This document shows, piece after piece, positions 1 through 18,387 of a stretch of DNA of 64,000 nucleotides. Below the pieces are notes generated by a model. That model saw only the letters and a list, made by a program, of their open reading frames with translations, was not told the origin of the DNA and did not search any database. The translations under genes and the position numbers were made by a program. Source of the stretch: Escherichia coli (GTDB taxonomy: Bacteria; Pseudomonadota; Gammaproteobacteria; Enterobacterales; Enterobacteriaceae); the NCBI RefSeq assembly GCF_022846255.1, contig NZ_AP025682.1, one strand, 5' to 3'. How positions within the stretch are numbered: position 1 is the stretch's first letter; the number at the start of each line of letters is the position of its first letter.

Positions 1-150
1 CTGCTGTACCGACTGTAACCTTATGGACGGATTATCAGCTAGTCCCTGTGTTATGGGTACGGCATCACCATATTTCAAGCATAACAATCTTTTGTTGTTA
101 CGCTAACACCGAAAGAGGCTTTTCGCACGGTTCCATGCAAAATTCATGAC

Positions 151-182
151 AAAAAAAAGCCCACCACCTGGCGGTGACGGGC
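151..182 (-). terminator. Putative rho-independent terminator downstream of tig
   Basis: GC-rich hairpin (gcccaccacctggcggtgacgggc on + strand) followed on the minus strand by a run of 8 T; lies ~35 nt past the tig stop at 217-219. Confidence 0.6.
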
Positions 183-216
183 CTTTGTGCGAATTTAGCG
201 CGTTATGCTGCGTAAA

Positions 217-1524
<1,308 letters not shown>

Positions 1525-1783
1525 TCAAAAAATCACAGTGCTCGGTCAACTCTTACCCCGCAAGCACAGGTTGTTGGCTTCGCGGAACCGGGATGTTCTT
1601 ATAATCAATCACATTCCCTGTTACCAGAATCATCCCGAAAGCATTCAAATAGGACGCGGCATTATAGCGGCATCACTTTTATGAGTCGAGAACGGTTATT
1701 GCGCGCTGTCGCGTATTTTTTCACAATTCCCGGGCGATTTTCGTCTGAATGCTGGGCAAAAAGCGCAAAATCCAGACAAAACA

Positions 1784-1806
1784 AAACGGCCCGCAGGCCG
1801 TTTTTC
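1784..1806 (-). terminator. Putative terminator downstream of bolA
   Basis: Hairpin aaaacggcccgcaggccgttttt flanked by A-run and T-run, ~55 nt past the bolA stop. Confidence 0.5.
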
Positions 1807-1858
1807 ATAAAATCTTTAGCAACATACTGGAAAAGCGCCGACAGTTGCAAATGCGTTT

Positions 1859-2176
1859 TTACGCGATGCTTCCTGCTCCACGACAGGGAGGAGAGGCAAA
1901 GACGGTGTCCTGCAACCCTTCCCACTCCTTAATAGTGTAAGTATGCAGAGCCAGCGCATGAACGGTAGTAGAGAGTTCCTCCGCTAAAGTACTGTAAATC
2001 ATTCGATGACGATTCAGAAAACGTTCACCCGTAAAACGATCGCTGACCAGCACAACTTTAAAATGGCTTTCAGAGCCGGCTGGGACATTGTGACGATAGC
2101 TTTCATCCACTACTTCGAGGAATACGGGTTGGAACGCCGCCCTTAATTTTTCTTCTATCCGCTCACGTATCATCAT
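1859..2176 (-). CDS. bolA: BolA, stress-induced morphogene/transcriptional regulator
   Basis: ORF track gives 116 aa; true start taken at [11 protein letters not shown] (105 aa) as in E. coli BolA. Confidence 0.93.
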
Positions 2177-2480
2177 GAAATATCTCCTCCGACAACGCTG
2201 AGATGTCATCCATCCCTTTAAATACTAGCCGCTTTTACCGTTTCCATTGCAGCTTAACAACAAATATTTAGGTTTCGTCCTGGTTTTTCCGTCAAGCGTA
2301 TGAAGTTTACTGATTTAAAGATTGAAACACAGGCCTCGCATCAGCGTTTCTTTTACCAGGGGCGATTATTTCGTCAACATGATGAATTTACATGCCTTAC
2401 CCACTTCCCCTCGCCGTTGGCAATGTTATGATGGCGGGAATTTTTACCAAACACGCTTAAGAGTCTCTGAGAGCCCGAAC

Positions 2481-3059
2481 ATGTTCAAAAAAATCCTCTT
2501 CCCGTTAGTTGCTCTGTTTATGCTTGCAGGATGCGCAAAACCGCCAACAACTATCGAAGTTTCCCCGACGATTACACTGCCACAGCAGGATCCAAGCCTG
2601 ATGGGCGTCACCGTAAGCATTAATGGTGCCGATCAGCGTACCGATCAGGCGCTGGCAAAAGTCACCCGCGATAATCAAATCGTTACCCTGACCGCCTCCC
2701 GCGATCTGCGTTTCCTGCTGCAAGAAGTGCTGGAAAAACAGATGACCGCCCGTGGATACATGGTTGGTCCGAATGGCCCGGTTAATCTGCAAATCATCGT
2801 TAGCCAACTGTATGCTGACGTGTCCCAGGGCAACGTGCGCTACAACATCGCGACCAAAGCGGATATCGCCATCATCGCTACCGCGCAGAATGGCAACAAA
2901 ATGACCAAAAACTATCGTGCCAGCTACAACGTTGAAGGTGCATTCCAGGCCTCCAACAAAAATATCGCCGATGCGGTTAACAGTGTGCTGACTGATACCA
3001 TCGCTGATATGTCTCAGGACACCAGCATCCACGAATTCATCAAGCAGAACGCGCGTTAA
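2481..3059 (+). CDS. yajG: Lipoprotein YajG
   Basis: Start re-derived at MFKKILFPLVALFMLAGC (lipobox LAGC) inside the 245-aa track ORF; 192 aa. Confidence 0.9.
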   Translation: MFKKILFPLVALFMLAGCAKPPTTIEVSPTITLPQQDPSLMGVTVSINGADQRTDQALAKVTRDNQIVTLTASRDLRFLLQEVLEKQMTARGYMVGPNGPVNLQIIVSQLYADVSQGNVRYNIATKADIAIIATAQNGNKMTKNYRASYNVEGAFQASNKNIADAVNSVLTDTIADMSQDTSIHEFIKQNAR

Positions 3060-3102
3060 TTTCTGCCCTCTGGCCCGGTGCAAGCCGGGCCTGTAGACAC
3101 CC

Positions 3103-4578
3103 ATGTCCAGTCAATATTTACGTATTTTTCAACAGCCGCGTTCAGCCATATTGCTGATCCTGGGTTTTGCTTCCGGGCTACCGCTCGCCCTGACGTCCGG
3201 CACCTTACAGGCCTGGATGACGGTCGAGAATATCGATCTCAAAACCATTGGTTTCTTCTCTCTGGTAGGCCAGGCTTACGTTTTTAAATTCCTCTGGTCA
3301 CCACTGATGGACCGCTACACGCCCCCATTTTTCGGGCGGCGGCGCGGTTGGCTGCTCGCCACGCAAATTCTGTTATTAGTCGCCATTGCGGCGATGGGTT
3401 TTCTCGAACCAGGCACCCAGCTCCGCTGGATGGCGGCACTGGCGGTGGTGATCGCTTTTTGCTCTGCCTCCCAGGATATTGTCTTCGATGCGTGGAAAAC
3501 CGATGTGCTCCCGGCAGAAGAACGTGGTGCGGGCGCGGCAATCAGCGTGCTGGGTTACCGTTTAGGGATGCTGGTTTCCGGCGGCTTAGCCCTGTGGCTG
3601 GCAGATAAATGGCTGGGCTGGCAGGGCATGTACTGGTTGATGGCGGCGCTGTTGATCCCCTGTATTATCGCGACGTTGCTTGCACCAGAACCCACCGACA
3701 CCATTCCTGTGCCCAAAACGCTGGAACAAGCGGTTGTTGCACCTCTGCGAGATTTCTTTGGTCGCAATAATGCCTGGCTTATTTTGCTTCTTATCGTGCT
3801 GTATAAGCTGGGCGACGCATTCGCTATGAGCCTGACAACCACGTTTTTGATTCGCGGCGTCGGGTTTGATGCGGGTGAAGTAGGCGTGGTTAACAAAACG
3901 CTTGGCTTACTGGCGACCATTGTTGGCGCATTGTACGGTGGGATTTTGATGCAGCGCCTGTCGCTGTTCCGTGCACTGCTGATTTTCGGCATTTTACAAG
4001 GTGCATCTAACGCCGGTTACTGGCTGCTGTCGATTACTGATAAGCATCTCTACAGCATGGGTGCAGCCGTCTTTTTCGAAAACCTCTGTGGCGGGATGGG
4101 TACATCAGCCTTTGTCGCGCTGTTAATGACGCTGTGTAATAAGTCATTTTCCGCTACTCAATTTGCCCTGCTCTCAGCGCTTTCTGCTGTAGGGCGAGTT
4201 TATGTCGGCCCCGTGGCGGGTTGGTTTGTTGAAGCACATGGCTGGTCGACATTCTATCTATTCTCCGTCGCCGCTGCCGTACCAGGGCTTATTTTGCTGC
4301 TGGTTTGCCGCCAGACGCTTGAATATACACGAGTAAATGGCAACTTTATCTCCCGTACCGAATATCCTGCAGGTTATGCCTTTGCCATGTGGACACTGGC
4401 GGCGGGTATCAGCCTGTTGGCCGTGTGGTTACTGCTGTTGACAATGGACGCGCTGGATTTGACGCACTTCTCTTTCCTGCCTGCGCTGCTGGAAGTCGGG
4501 GTTTTAGTCGCCCTTTCTGGCGTTGTGCTTGGTGGTTTGCTGGATTATCTGGCGCTACGAAAAACACATCTGACGTAA
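3103..4578 (+). CDS. ampG: Muropeptide (anhydromuropeptide) permease AmpG, MFS
   Basis: 491-aa ORF MSSQYLRIFQQPRSAILLILGFASGLPLAL...; matches AmpG. Confidence 0.95.
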   Translation: MSSQYLRIFQQPRSAILLILGFASGLPLALTSGTLQAWMTVENIDLKTIGFFSLVGQAYVFKFLWSPLMDRYTPPFFGRRRGWLLATQILLLVAIAAMGFLEPGTQLRWMAALAVVIAFCSASQDIVFDAWKTDVLPAEERGAGAAISVLGYRLGMLVSGGLALWLADKWLGWQGMYWLMAALLIPCIIATLLAPEPTDTIPVPKTLEQAVVAPLRDFFGRNNAWLILLLIVLYKLGDAFAMSLTTTFLIRGVGFDAGEVGVVNKTLGLLATIVGALYGGILMQRLSLFRALLIFGILQGASNAGYWLLSITDKHLYSMGAAVFFENLCGGMGTSAFVALLMTLCNKSFSATQFALLSALSAVGRVYVGPVAGWFVEAHGWSTFYLFSVAAAVPGLILLLVCRQTLEYTRVNGNFISRTEYPAGYAFAMWTLAAGISLLAVWLLLLTMDALDLTHFSFLPALLEVGVLVALSGVVLGGLLDYLALRKTHLT

Positions 4579-5036
4579 TCTGTAATATTATTTAGCTGTA
4601 GTAATCACTCGCCGTAATTATTACGGCTAAATAAACATCAGCATCGCTTATTAATATTTGTTCTTTTGTGCGGCTTAGCGTTTGGAAATTATTGACGAAA
4701 TTTATGAATTCTATTTTTCTTACACGATTCAGCTAATGAGTCCTTATTTTCTCACCACCCAGTTGTCACCTCAATGATAATTATTTGTTAAATAATTGTT
4801 TTATTTTATATTGATTATACCAATTGCCCACCCAAACTCCTTCTGCACTCCCCTTTCGTTATAACGCCCTTTTGCAACAGCTTCTTAAAATCAACTTGAT
4901 ATGTTTTGCAACATATGTGACCTGACAGCCAAATCCAAGTAACAGGAATTTAATCATGTTTACAGTAATGTAACCTTCCCGTAAAATGCCCACACACTTT
5001 AAACGCCACCAGATCCCGTGGAATTGAGGTCGTTAA
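4579..5036 (+). promoter_or_regulatory. AT-rich upstream control region of the cyoABCDE operon
   Basis: 458-bp strongly AT-rich non-coding region immediately upstream of cyoA; the cyo promoter is known to be under ArcA/Fnr/CRP control in E. coli; individual sites not resolved here. Confidence 0.4.
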
Positions 5037-5984
<948 letters not shown>

Positions 5985-5993
5985 AGGGGTTGA

Positions 5994-8930
<2,937 letters not shown>

Positions 8931-8941
8931 GAGCGGCGGTT

Positions 8942-9832
8942 ATGATATTTAAGCAATACCTGCAAGTAACGAAACCAGGCATCATCTTTGGCAACCTGAT
9001 CTCGGTGATTGGGGGATTCCTGTTGGCCTCAAAGGGCAGCATTGATTATCCCCTGTTTATCTACACGCTGGTTGGGGTGTCACTGGTTGTGGCGTCGGGT
9101 TGTGTGTTTAACAACTACATCGACAGGGATATCGACAGAAAGATGGAAAGGACGAAGAATCGGGTGCTGGTTAAAGGCCTGATCTCTCCTGCTGTCTCGC
9201 TGGTGTACGCCACCTTGCTGGGTATTGCTGGCTTTATGCTGCTGTGGTTTGGCGCGAATCCGCTGGCCTGCTGGCTGGGGGTGATGGGCTTTGTGGTTTA
9301 TGTCGGCGTTTATAGCCTGTACATGAAACGTCATTCTGTCTACGGCACATTGATTGGTTCGCTCTCCGGCGCTGCGCCTCCGGTGATCGGTTACTGTGCG
9401 GTAACCGGCGAGTTCGATAGCGGCGCAGCGATCCTGCTGGCTATCTTCAGCCTGTGGCAGATGCCTCACTCTTATGCCATCGCCATTTTCCGCTTTAAGG
9501 ATTATCAGGCGGCAAACATTCCGGTACTGCCGGTGGTGAAAGGCATTTCGGTGGCGAAGAATCACATCACGCTGTATATCATCGCCTTTGCCGTTGCCAC
9601 GCTGATGCTCTCTCTTGGCGGCTACGCTGGGTATAAATATCTGGTGGTCGCCGCTGCGGTGAGCGTCTGGTGGTTAGGCATGGCTCTGCGCGGCTATAAA
9701 GTTGCTGATGACAGAATCTGGGCGCGCAAGCTGTTCGGTTTCTCTATCATCGCCATCACTGCCCTCTCGGTGATGATGTCCGTTGATTTTATGGTGCCGG
9801 ACTCGCATACGCTGCTGGCTGCTGTGTGGTAA
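8942..9832 (+). CDS. cyoE: Protoheme IX farnesyltransferase (heme O synthase)
   Basis: Start re-derived at [19 protein letters not shown] (296 aa) within the 314-aa track ORF. Confidence 0.93.
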   Translation: MIFKQYLQVTKPGIIFGNLISVIGGFLLASKGSIDYPLFIYTLVGVSLVVASGCVFNNYIDRDIDRKMERTKNRVLVKGLISPAVSLVYATLLGIAGFMLLWFGANPLACWLGVMGFVVYVGVYSLYMKRHSVYGTLIGSLSGAAPPVIGYCAVTGEFDSGAAILLAIFSLWQMPHSYAIAIFRFKDYQAANIPVLPVVKGISVAKNHITLYIIAFAVATLMLSLGGYAGYKYLVVAAAVSVWWLGMALRGYKVADDRIWARKLFGFSIIAITALSVMMSVDFMVPDSHTLLAAVW

Positions 9833-9846
9833 CACAACCTCTCAGT

Positions 9847-9873
9847 TAAAAAGGTGCTACGGCACCTTTTTTC
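9847..9873 (+). terminator. Putative rho-independent terminator of the cyo operon
   Basis: Hairpin aaaaaggtgctacggcacc followed by tttttt, 15 nt after the cyoE stop. Confidence 0.65.
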
Positions 9874-9980
9874 TTAGCATTAGAATCATATCCCTCTCGA
9901 AATATTTACTAAAAAATCCACATGTTTACCCCATTCGTTTGCCGCTTTACACTAGTCGCGAATTTAAAACAGAGGTGGTA

Positions 9981-11345
9981 ATGAACGATTATAAAATGAC
10001 GCCAGGTGAGCGGCGCGCGACCTGGGGTTTAGGGACCGTATTTTCATTACGCATGCTGGGCATGTTCATGGTTCTGCCGGTTCTGACCACGTACGGCATG
10101 GCTCTGCAAGGTGCCAGCGAAGCATTAATCGGTATTGCCATTGGTATTTATGGTCTGACTCAGGCCGTTTTTCAGATTCCGTTTGGCCTGCTTTCAGACC
10201 GCATTGGTCGCAAACCATTAATTGTCGGTGGGCTGGCGGTGTTTGCCGCCGGTAGCGTTATCGCTGCGCTCTCTGACTCCATCTGGGGAATTATTCTGGG
10301 CCGGGCGCTACAAGGCTCCGGTGCGATTGCCGCTGCCGTTATGGCGCTGCTTTCCGATCTCACGCGCGAACAAAACCGCACCAAAGCGATGGCGTTTATC
10401 GGCGTGAGCTTTGGCATTACCTTTGCCATTGCGATGGTGCTTGGCCCGATCATCACTCACAAACTTGGGCTGCACGTGCTGTTCTGGATGATCGCTATTC
10501 TGGCAACAACCGGCATTGCGTTGACCATTTGGGTTGTGCCCAACAGTAGCACTCACGTACTTAATCGTGAGTCCGGAATGGTGAAAGGCAGTTTCAGTAA
10601 AGTGCTGGCGGAACCGCGGCTGCTGAAACTCAACTTTGGCATTATGTGTCTGCATATTTTGCTGATGTCGACCTTTGTTGCCCTGCCCGGACAGATGGCT
10701 GATGCGGGGTTACCGGCGGCTGAACACTGGAAGGTCTACCTGGCAACGATGTTAATCGCCTTTGGCTCGGTCGTGCCTTTCATTATCTACGCTGAAGTTA
10801 AGCGCAAAATGAAGCAAGTCTTTGTCTTCTGCGTCGGGTTGATCGTGGTTGCGGAAATTGTGTTGTGGAACGCACAAACGCAGTTCTGGCAACTGGTGGT
10901 CGGCGTGCAGCTTTTCTTTGTGGCGTTTAATTTGATGGAAGCCCTTCTGCCTTCACTTATCAGTAAAGAATCGCCAGCAGGTTACAAAGGTACGGCGATG
11001 GGTGTTTACTCCACCAGCCAGTTTCTTGGCGTGGCGATTGGCGGTTCGCTGGGCGGCTGGATTGACGGCATGTTTGACGGTCAGGGAGTATTTCTCGCTG
11101 GCGCAATGCTGGCCGCAGTGTGGCTGGCAGTCGCCAGTACCATGAAAGAACCGCCGTATGTCAGCAGCTTGCGCATTGAAATCCCGGCGAACATTGCCGC
11201 AAACGAGGCGTTAAAAGTGCGTTTGCTGGAAACTGAAGGCATCAAAGAAGTGTTGATTGCAGAAGAAGAACATTCAGCGTATGTGAAAATCGACAGCAAA
11301 GTGACGAATCGCTTTGAGGTTGAACAGGCAATTCGCCAGGCATAA
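9981..11345 (+). CDS. yajR: MFS transporter YajR
   Basis: Start re-derived at MNDYKMTPGERRATWGLGTV (454 aa) within the 520-aa track ORF. Confidence 0.92.
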   Translation: MNDYKMTPGERRATWGLGTVFSLRMLGMFMVLPVLTTYGMALQGASEALIGIAIGIYGLTQAVFQIPFGLLSDRIGRKPLIVGGLAVFAAGSVIAALSDSIWGIILGRALQGSGAIAAAVMALLSDLTREQNRTKAMAFIGVSFGITFAIAMVLGPIITHKLGLHVLFWMIAILATTGIALTIWVVPNSSTHVLNRESGMVKGSFSKVLAEPRLLKLNFGIMCLHILLMSTFVALPGQMADAGLPAAEHWKVYLATMLIAFGSVVPFIIYAEVKRKMKQVFVFCVGLIVVAEIVLWNAQTQFWQLVVGVQLFFVAFNLMEALLPSLISKESPAGYKGTAMGVYSTSQFLGVAIGGSLGGWIDGMFDGQGVFLAGAMLAAVWLAVASTMKEPPYVSSLRIEIPANIAANEALKVRLLETEGIKEVLIAEEEHSAYVKIDSKVTNRFEVEQAIRQA

Positions 11346-11365
11346 AAGCGAGGCGAAATTGCTTG

Positions 11366-11450
11366 CTGCGCTACGCTTATCAGGCCTACTAAGTTCCTGA
11401 GTTACAAACCTTTGTAGGCCGAATCAGGCGTTCATGCCGCATCTGACATG
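11366..11450. repeat. REP/BIME-like palindromic intergenic element
   Basis: Imperfect palindromic units (cttatcaggcctac ... gtaggccgaatcaggcg ... gccgcatctgacatg) between convergent yajR and yajQ. Confidence 0.55.
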
Positions 11451-11472
11451 AACAAAGCACAGGTTGTCGCGA

Positions 11473-11964
11473 TTAATCGCGGAAGTTTTTGAACTGGAAC
11501 GGCTGACCCAGATCGCCACCACGTACCATCGCCATGACAGCCTGTAAATCATCACGAGATTTACCCGTTACGCGGATCTCATCGCCCTGAATTTGCGCCT
11601 GCACTTTCAGTTTGCTGTCTTTGATCATTTTGACGATTTTCTTCTGAGTCGCGCTCTCAATGCCCTGTTTCAGTTTCGCTTCCACAAACCAGGTTTTACC
11701 GCTATGAACGATATTTTCCGGTACATCCAGTGAACTGCCTTCAATGCCGCGCTTCAACAACTTGGCACGCAGAATATCCAGCAACTGATTGACCTGGAAG
11801 TCGGACTCGCTCAACACTTTGATGGTTTTGCTGGCGTCATTCAGCTCAAATGAGGCTTCAACGTTACGGAAGTCAAAACGGGACTCCACTTCGCGGCTCG
11901 CGTTATCGACCGCGTTACGTGCTTCCTGAAGATCAACTTCAGAGACAATATCGAAAGATGGCAT
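11473..11964 (-). CDS. yajQ: Nucleotide-binding protein YajQ (UPF0234)
   Basis: Start re-derived at [19 protein letters not shown] (163 aa) within the 219-aa track ORF. Confidence 0.92.
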
Positions 11965-12131
11965 CTTTTCCTCTCCCTTCATTTTTGATGCGAAGCATAA
12001 TACCTGCAAAGTTAAATAACCAACAGTCCTGCACCAGGACGTATCCCTTAATTGTGCATAGTCGCAACAGCATGCACAATTAAGGGATAGCCTTATTGAA
12101 CACCCGGAGTGGTTGCGGGTGAGGAGGAACA

Positions 12132-13596
<1,465 letters not shown>

Positions 13597-13597
13597 T

Positions 13598-13625
13598 GTC
13601 AGATGCGGTAAACGTCGCATCTGAC
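13598..13625. terminator. Palindromic hairpin between convergent yajL and thiI (likely bidirectional terminator)
   Basis: Perfect inverted repeat gtcagatgcg-gtaaac-cgcatctgac. Confidence 0.5.
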
Positions 13626-13649
13626 CAGATGCGACGTTACAACCACATA

Positions 13650-15098
13650 TTACGGGCGATACACCTTCACATTGTTAAAGCCCTGCTCGCGCAGATAGAG
13701 CGCCTGCAGGCGGCTCATCACCCCGCGCTCACACCACAACAGCCAGGTTTTGCTCTGGTCGAGATCGCCAAATTTGGTGCTCAGTTTATAGAACGGCAGA
13801 GAAACCACATCAATCCCTTCGACTTTCAGTGGCTTATCTTCCTGTTCATCGATAGAACGGATATCGAGGATCACGTCGTTCGGGCCGAAGCCATTGACGG
13901 TTTCCACTTCCACCACTTCCTGCTCGGTCTGCTGGGCGATTTCGCGGATATCAACGTTATTCGCTTCCTCAACCACTTTATCGAGAATGCTGAAGTCAAA
14001 CTTCTCTTCTTCCGCTTCAATCTTCGATTTAACCGCTTTCACCGTCGGGCTTTTGGAAATCACGCCGCAATATTCCGGCATCGTGCGGGCAAAGTCTTCG
14101 GTGCCAATCTGGCGAGCCAGGTTGATGATGTGCTCTTTGTCGTAAGAGATCAGCGGACGCAGGATCAGCGTATCGGAGACGTTATCAATCAGGCGCAGGT
14201 TGGTCAGCGTCTGGCTGGACACCTGGCCGAGCGCTTCACCGGTAACCAGCGCCTGAACGCCGTAACGTTCTGCCACTTTGGACGCGGCACGCACCATCAT
14301 ACGTTTGAGGATAACGCCCATCTGACCGTCGTCGATTTTCTCGAGAATTTCCCCGACGACCGGTTCGAAATTAATAGCGACAAAACGCACGCGGTGGGAG
14401 CTGCCAAAGCGGTTCCACAGATAATGCGCTACCTGACGCACGCCAATTTCATGCGCCGCGCCGCCAAGGTTAAAGAAGCAGTAATGCACACGACATCCGC
14501 GACGCATCAACATATAACTGGAAACGCCGGAGTCGAAACCACCAGAAATGAGCGACAGCACATCTTCCTGGGTACCAATCGGGAAACCGCCAATACCTTC
14601 GTAGCGGCCTTTAATCAGCAGAAGACGATCGTCTTCCACTTCCAGATGGACAGTCACATCCGGATTGGTCAACTTCACGCGCGCGGATTCAATATGCTGA
14701 TTTAAACCGCCGCCGACGTAACGTTCCACATCAATCGAGCTAAAATCATGTTTGCCACGGCGCTTCACGCGTACGCAAAAGGTTTTCCCTTCCAGCTGAT
14801 CGCGATACTGAACCAACGCTTTTTCGAAAATATCGTGCATGTCGGTAAACGGCACGTCTTCGACTTCGAGAATATGGTGGATACCCGGAATACGGGTCAG
14901 GGCGTCGCGAATGGCCAGACGCTGGTTTTCATCTTTTGCGCGAACTTCGATGTTATCCCAGTGGCGGACGACAGCGAGCGTCTCATCATAGTGCTTTAAA
15001 ACGTTACGAATGTTCCCGGTAAGGATTTTTATAAAGCGCAAGCGCACAGATTGGCTTTTGATGGTGATTTCCGGGAACAATTTAATGATAAACTTCAT
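13650..15098 (-). CDS. thiI: tRNA 4-thiouridine synthase / thiazole biosynthesis sulfurtransferase ThiI
   Basis: Start re-derived at [22 protein letters not shown] (482 aa); includes the SGGFDS PP-loop motif. Confidence 0.95.
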   Translation of the reverse strand: MKFIIKLFPEITIKSQSVRLRFIKILTGNIRNVLKHYDETLAVVRHWDNIEVRAKDENQRLAIRDALTRIPGIHHILEVEDVPFTDMHDIFEKALVQYRDQLEGKTFCVRVKRRGKHDFSSIDVERYVGGGLNQHIESARVKLTNPDVTVHLEVEDDRLLLIKGRYEGIGGFPIGTQEDVLSLISGGFDSGVSSYMLMRRGCRVHYCFFNLGGAAHEIGVRQVAHYLWNRFGSSHRVRFVAINFEPVVGEILEKIDDGQMGVILKRMMVRAASKVAERYGVQALVTGEALGQVSSQTLTNLRLIDNVSDTLILRPLISYDKEHIINLARQIGTEDFARTMPEYCGVISKSPTVKAVKSKIEAEEEKFDFSILDKVVEEANNVDIREIAQQTEQEVVEVETVNGFGPNDVILDIRSIDEQEDKPLKVEGIDVVSLPFYKLSTKFGDLDQSKTWLLWCERGVMSRLQALYLREQGFNNVKVYRP

Positions 15099-15304
15099 GG
15101 CGGCAATGGTTCGTTGGCAAGCCTTAAGCGACTTGTATAAGGGAAAAATACAGCAGCCCACACCTGCGGCTGCATCCAGGCGCGGAAGTATACCACTAAC
15201 ATCGCTTTGCTGCGCACATCACCTTACCATTGCGCGTTATTTGCTATTTGCCCTGAGTCCGTTACCATGACGGGGCGAAAAATATTGAGAGTCAGACATT
15301 CATT

Positions 15305-15547
15305 ATGCCGAAGAAAAATGAGGCGCCCGCCAGCTTTGAAAAGGCGCTGAGCGAGCTGGAACAGATTGTAACCCGTCTGGAAAGTGGCGACCTGCCGCTG
15401 GAAGAGGCGCTGAACGAGTTCGAACGCGGCGTGCAGCTGGCACGTCAGGGGCAGGCCAAATTACAACAAGCCGAACAGCGCGTACAAATTCTGCTGTCTG
15501 ACAATGAAGATGCCTCTCTAACCCCTTTTACACCGGACAATGAGTAA
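15305..15547 (+). CDS. xseB: Exodeoxyribonuclease VII small subunit
   Basis: 80-aa [33 protein letters not shown]... Confidence 0.95.
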
Positions 15548-16446
15548 TGGACTTTCCGCAGCAACTCGAAGCCTGCGTTAAGCAGGCCAACCAGGCGCTG
15601 AGCCGTTTTATCGCCCCACTGCCCTTTCAGAACACTCCTGTGGTCGAAACCATGCAGTATGGCGCATTATTAGGTGGTAAGCGTCTGCGACCTTTCCTGG
15701 TTTATGCCACCGGTCATATGTTTGGCGTTAGCACAAACACGCTGGACGCACCCGCTGCCGCCGTTGAGTGTATCCACGCTTACTCATTAATTCATGATGA
15801 TTTACCGGCGATGGATGATGACGATCTGCGTCGCGGTTTGCCGACCTGCCATGTGAAGTTTGGCGAAGCGAACGCGATTCTCGCTGGCGATGCTTTACAA
15901 ACGCTGGCGTTCTCGATTTTAAGCGATGCTGATATGCCGGAAGTGTCGGATCGCGACAGAATTTCGATGATTTCTGAACTGGCGAGCGCCAGCGGTATTG
16001 CCGGAATGTGCGGTGGTCAGGCATTAGATTTAGACGCGGAAGGCAAACACGTACCTCTGGAGGCGCTTGAGCGTATTCATCGTCATAAAACCGGCGCATT
16101 GATTCGCGCCGCCGTTCGCCTTGGTGCATTAAGCGCCGGAGATAAAGGACGTCGTGCTCTGCCTGTACTCGACAAGTACGCAGAGAGCATCGGCCTTGCC
16201 TTCCAGGTTCAGGATGACATCCTGGATGTGGTGGGAGATACTGCAACGTTGGGAAAACGCCAGGGTGCCGACCAGCAACTTGGTAAAAGTACCTACCCTG
16301 CACTTCTGGGTCTTGAGCAAGCCCGGAAGAAAGCCCGGGATCTGATCGACGATGCCCGTCAGTCGCTGAAACAACTGACTGAACAGTCACTCGATACCTC
16401 GGCACTGGAAGCGCTAGCGGACTACATCATCCAGCGTAATAAATAA
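15547..16446 (+). CDS. ispA: Farnesyl diphosphate synthase (geranyltranstransferase)
   Basis: 299-aa ORF with the two Asp-rich prenyltransferase motifs (LIHDDLPAMDDDDLRRG and FQVQDDILD); start overlaps the xseB stop. Confidence 0.96.
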   Translation: MDFPQQLEACVKQANQALSRFIAPLPFQNTPVVETMQYGALLGGKRLRPFLVYATGHMFGVSTNTLDAPAAAVECIHAYSLIHDDLPAMDDDDLRRGLPTCHVKFGEANAILAGDALQTLAFSILSDADMPEVSDRDRISMISELASASGIAGMCGGQALDLDAEGKHVPLEALERIHRHKTGALIRAAVRLGALSAGDKGRRALPVLDKYAESIGLAFQVQDDILDVVGDTATLGKRQGADQQLGKSTYPALLGLEQARKKARDLIDDARQSLKQLTEQSLDTSALEALADYIIQRNK

Positions 16447-16470
16447 ACAATAAGTATTAATAGGCCCCTG

Positions 16471-18333
16471 ATGAGTTTTGATATTGCCAAATACCCGACC
16501 CTGGCACTGGTCGACTCCACCCAGGAGTTACGACTGTTGCCGAAAGAGAGTTTACCGAAACTCTGCGACGAACTGCGCCGCTATTTACTCGACAGCGTGA
16601 GCCGTTCCAGCGGGCACTTCGCCTCCGGGCTGGGCACGGTCGAACTGACCGTGGCGCTGCACTATGTCTACAACACCCCGTTTGACCAATTGATTTGGGA
16701 TGTAGGGCATCAGGCTTATCCGCATAAAATTTTGACCGGACGCCGCGACAAAATCGGCACCATCCGTCAGAAAGGTGGCCTGCACCCGTTCCCGTGGCGC
16801 GGCGAAAGCGAATATGACGTATTAAGCGTCGGGCATTCATCAACCTCCATCAGTGCCGGAATTGGTATTGCGGTTGCTGCCGAGAAAGAAGGCAAAAATC
16901 GCCGTACCGTCTGTGTCATTGGCGATGGCGCTATTACCGCTGGCATGGCGTTTGAAGCGATGAATCACGCGGGCGATATCCGTCCTGATATGCTGGTGGT
17001 TCTCAACGACAATGAAATGTCGATTTCCGAAAATGTTGGCGCGCTCAACAACCATCTGGCGCAACTGCTTTCCGGTAAGCTTTACTCTTCACTGCGCGAA
17101 GGCGGGAAAAAAGTTTTCTCTGGCGTGCCCCCCATTAAAGAGCTGCTCAAACGCACCGAAGAACATATTAAAGGCATGGTAGTGCCTGGCACGTTGTTTG
17201 AAGAGCTGGGCTTTAACTACATCGGCCCGGTGGACGGTCACGATGTGCTGGGGCTTATCACCACGCTTAAGAACATGCGCGACCTGAAAGGCCCGCAGTT
17301 CCTGCATATCATGACTAAAAAAGGTCGTGGTTATGAACCGGCAGAAAAAGACCCAATCACCTTCCACGCCGTGCCTAAATTTGATCCCTCCAGCGGTTGC
17401 CTGCCGAAAAGTAGCGGCGGTTTACCAAGCTATTCAAAAATCTTTGGCGACTGGTTGTGCGAAACCGCAGCGAAAGATAACAAGCTGATGGCGATTACTC
17501 CAGCGATGCGTGAAGGTTCCGGCATGGTCGAGTTTTCACGTAAATTCCCGGATCGCTATTTCGACGTGGCAATTGCCGAGCAACACGCAGTGACCTTTGC
17601 TGCGGGTCTGGCGATTGGAGGCTACAAACCCATTGTCGCGATCTACTCCACCTTCCTGCAACGCGCCTATGATCAGGTGCTGCATGACGTGGCGATTCAA
17701 AAGCTTCCGGTCCTGTTCGCCATCGACCGCGCGGGCATTGTTGGTGCTGACGGTCAAACCCACCAGGGCGCTTTTGATCTCTCTTACCTGCGCTGCATAC
17801 CGGAAATGGTCATTATGACCCCGAGCGATGAAAACGAATGTCGCCAGATGCTCTATACCGGTTATCACTATAACGATGGCCCGTCCGCGGTGCGCTACCC
17901 GCGCGGCAACGCGGTTGGCGTGGAACTGACGCCGCTGGAAAAACTGCCAATTGGCAAAGGCATTGTGAAGCGTCGTGGTGAGAAACTGGCGATCCTTAAC
18001 TTTGGTACGCTGATGCCAGAAGCGGCGAAAGTCGCTGAATCGCTGAACGCTACGCTGGTCGATATGCGTTTCGTGAAACCGCTTGATGAAGCGTTAATTC
18101 TGGAAATGGCCGCCAGCCATGAAGCGCTGGTTACCGTAGAAGAAAACGCCATTATGGGCGGTGCAGGCAGCGGCGTGAACGAAGTGTTGATGGCCCATCG
18201 TAAACCAGTACCCGTACTGAACATTGGCCTGCCGGACTTCTTTATTCCACAAGGAACTCAGGAAGAAATGCGCGCCGAACTCGGCCTCGATGCCACTGGT
18301 ATGGAAGCCAAAATCAAAGCCTGGCTGGCATAA
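16471..18333 (+). CDS. dxs: 1-deoxy-D-xylulose-5-phosphate synthase
   Basis: 620-aa [39 protein letters not shown]... Confidence 0.97.
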   Translation: MSFDIAKYPTLALVDSTQELRLLPKESLPKLCDELRRYLLDSVSRSSGHFASGLGTVELTVALHYVYNTPFDQLIWDVGHQAYPHKILTGRRDKIGTIRQKGGLHPFPWRGESEYDVLSVGHSSTSISAGIGIAVAAEKEGKNRRTVCVIGDGAITAGMAFEAMNHAGDIRPDMLVVLNDNEMSISENVGALNNHLAQLLSGKLYSSLREGGKKVFSGVPPIKELLKRTEEHIKGMVVPGTLFEELGFNYIGPVDGHDVLGLITTLKNMRDLKGPQFLHIMTKKGRGYEPAEKDPITFHAVPKFDPSSGCLPKSSGGLPSYSKIFGDWLCETAAKDNKLMAITPAMREGSGMVEFSRKFPDRYFDVAIAEQHAVTFAAGLAIGGYKPIVAIYSTFLQRAYDQVLHDVAIQKLPVLFAIDRAGIVGADGQTHQGAFDLSYLRCIPEMVIMTPSDENECRQMLYTGYHYNDGPSAVRYPRGNAVGVELTPLEKLPIGKGIVKRRGEKLAILNFGTLMPEAAKVAESLNATLVDMRFVKPLDEALILEMAASHEALVTVEENAIMGGAGSGVNEVLMAHRKPVPVLNIGLPDFFIPQGTQEEMRAELGLDATGMEAKIKAWLA

Positions 18334-18387
18334 TCCCTACTCTACTCCTGCTATGCTTAAGAAATTATTCATGGCAGGAGTGGCAGC

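Noticed and set aside
1662-1925. 87-aa ORF between tig and bolA
   Set aside because: Overlaps the bolA 3' end and terminator region on the same strand in another frame; no RBS evident; likely spurious.
2322-2480. N-terminal extensions proposed by the ORF track (yajG here; likewise yajR 9783, yajQ up to 12132, thiI up to 15161, ribE up to 21972, yajI 23612, tsx 24462, acpH 32240, sbcD 41865, araJ 46291, rdgC 48659, yaiI up to 53103, proC 52995, psiF, yaiZ)
   Set aside because: The longest-ORF convention over-extends these genes; the known N-termini of the E. coli proteins begin at internal Met/GTG codons, so I report the shorter coordinates.
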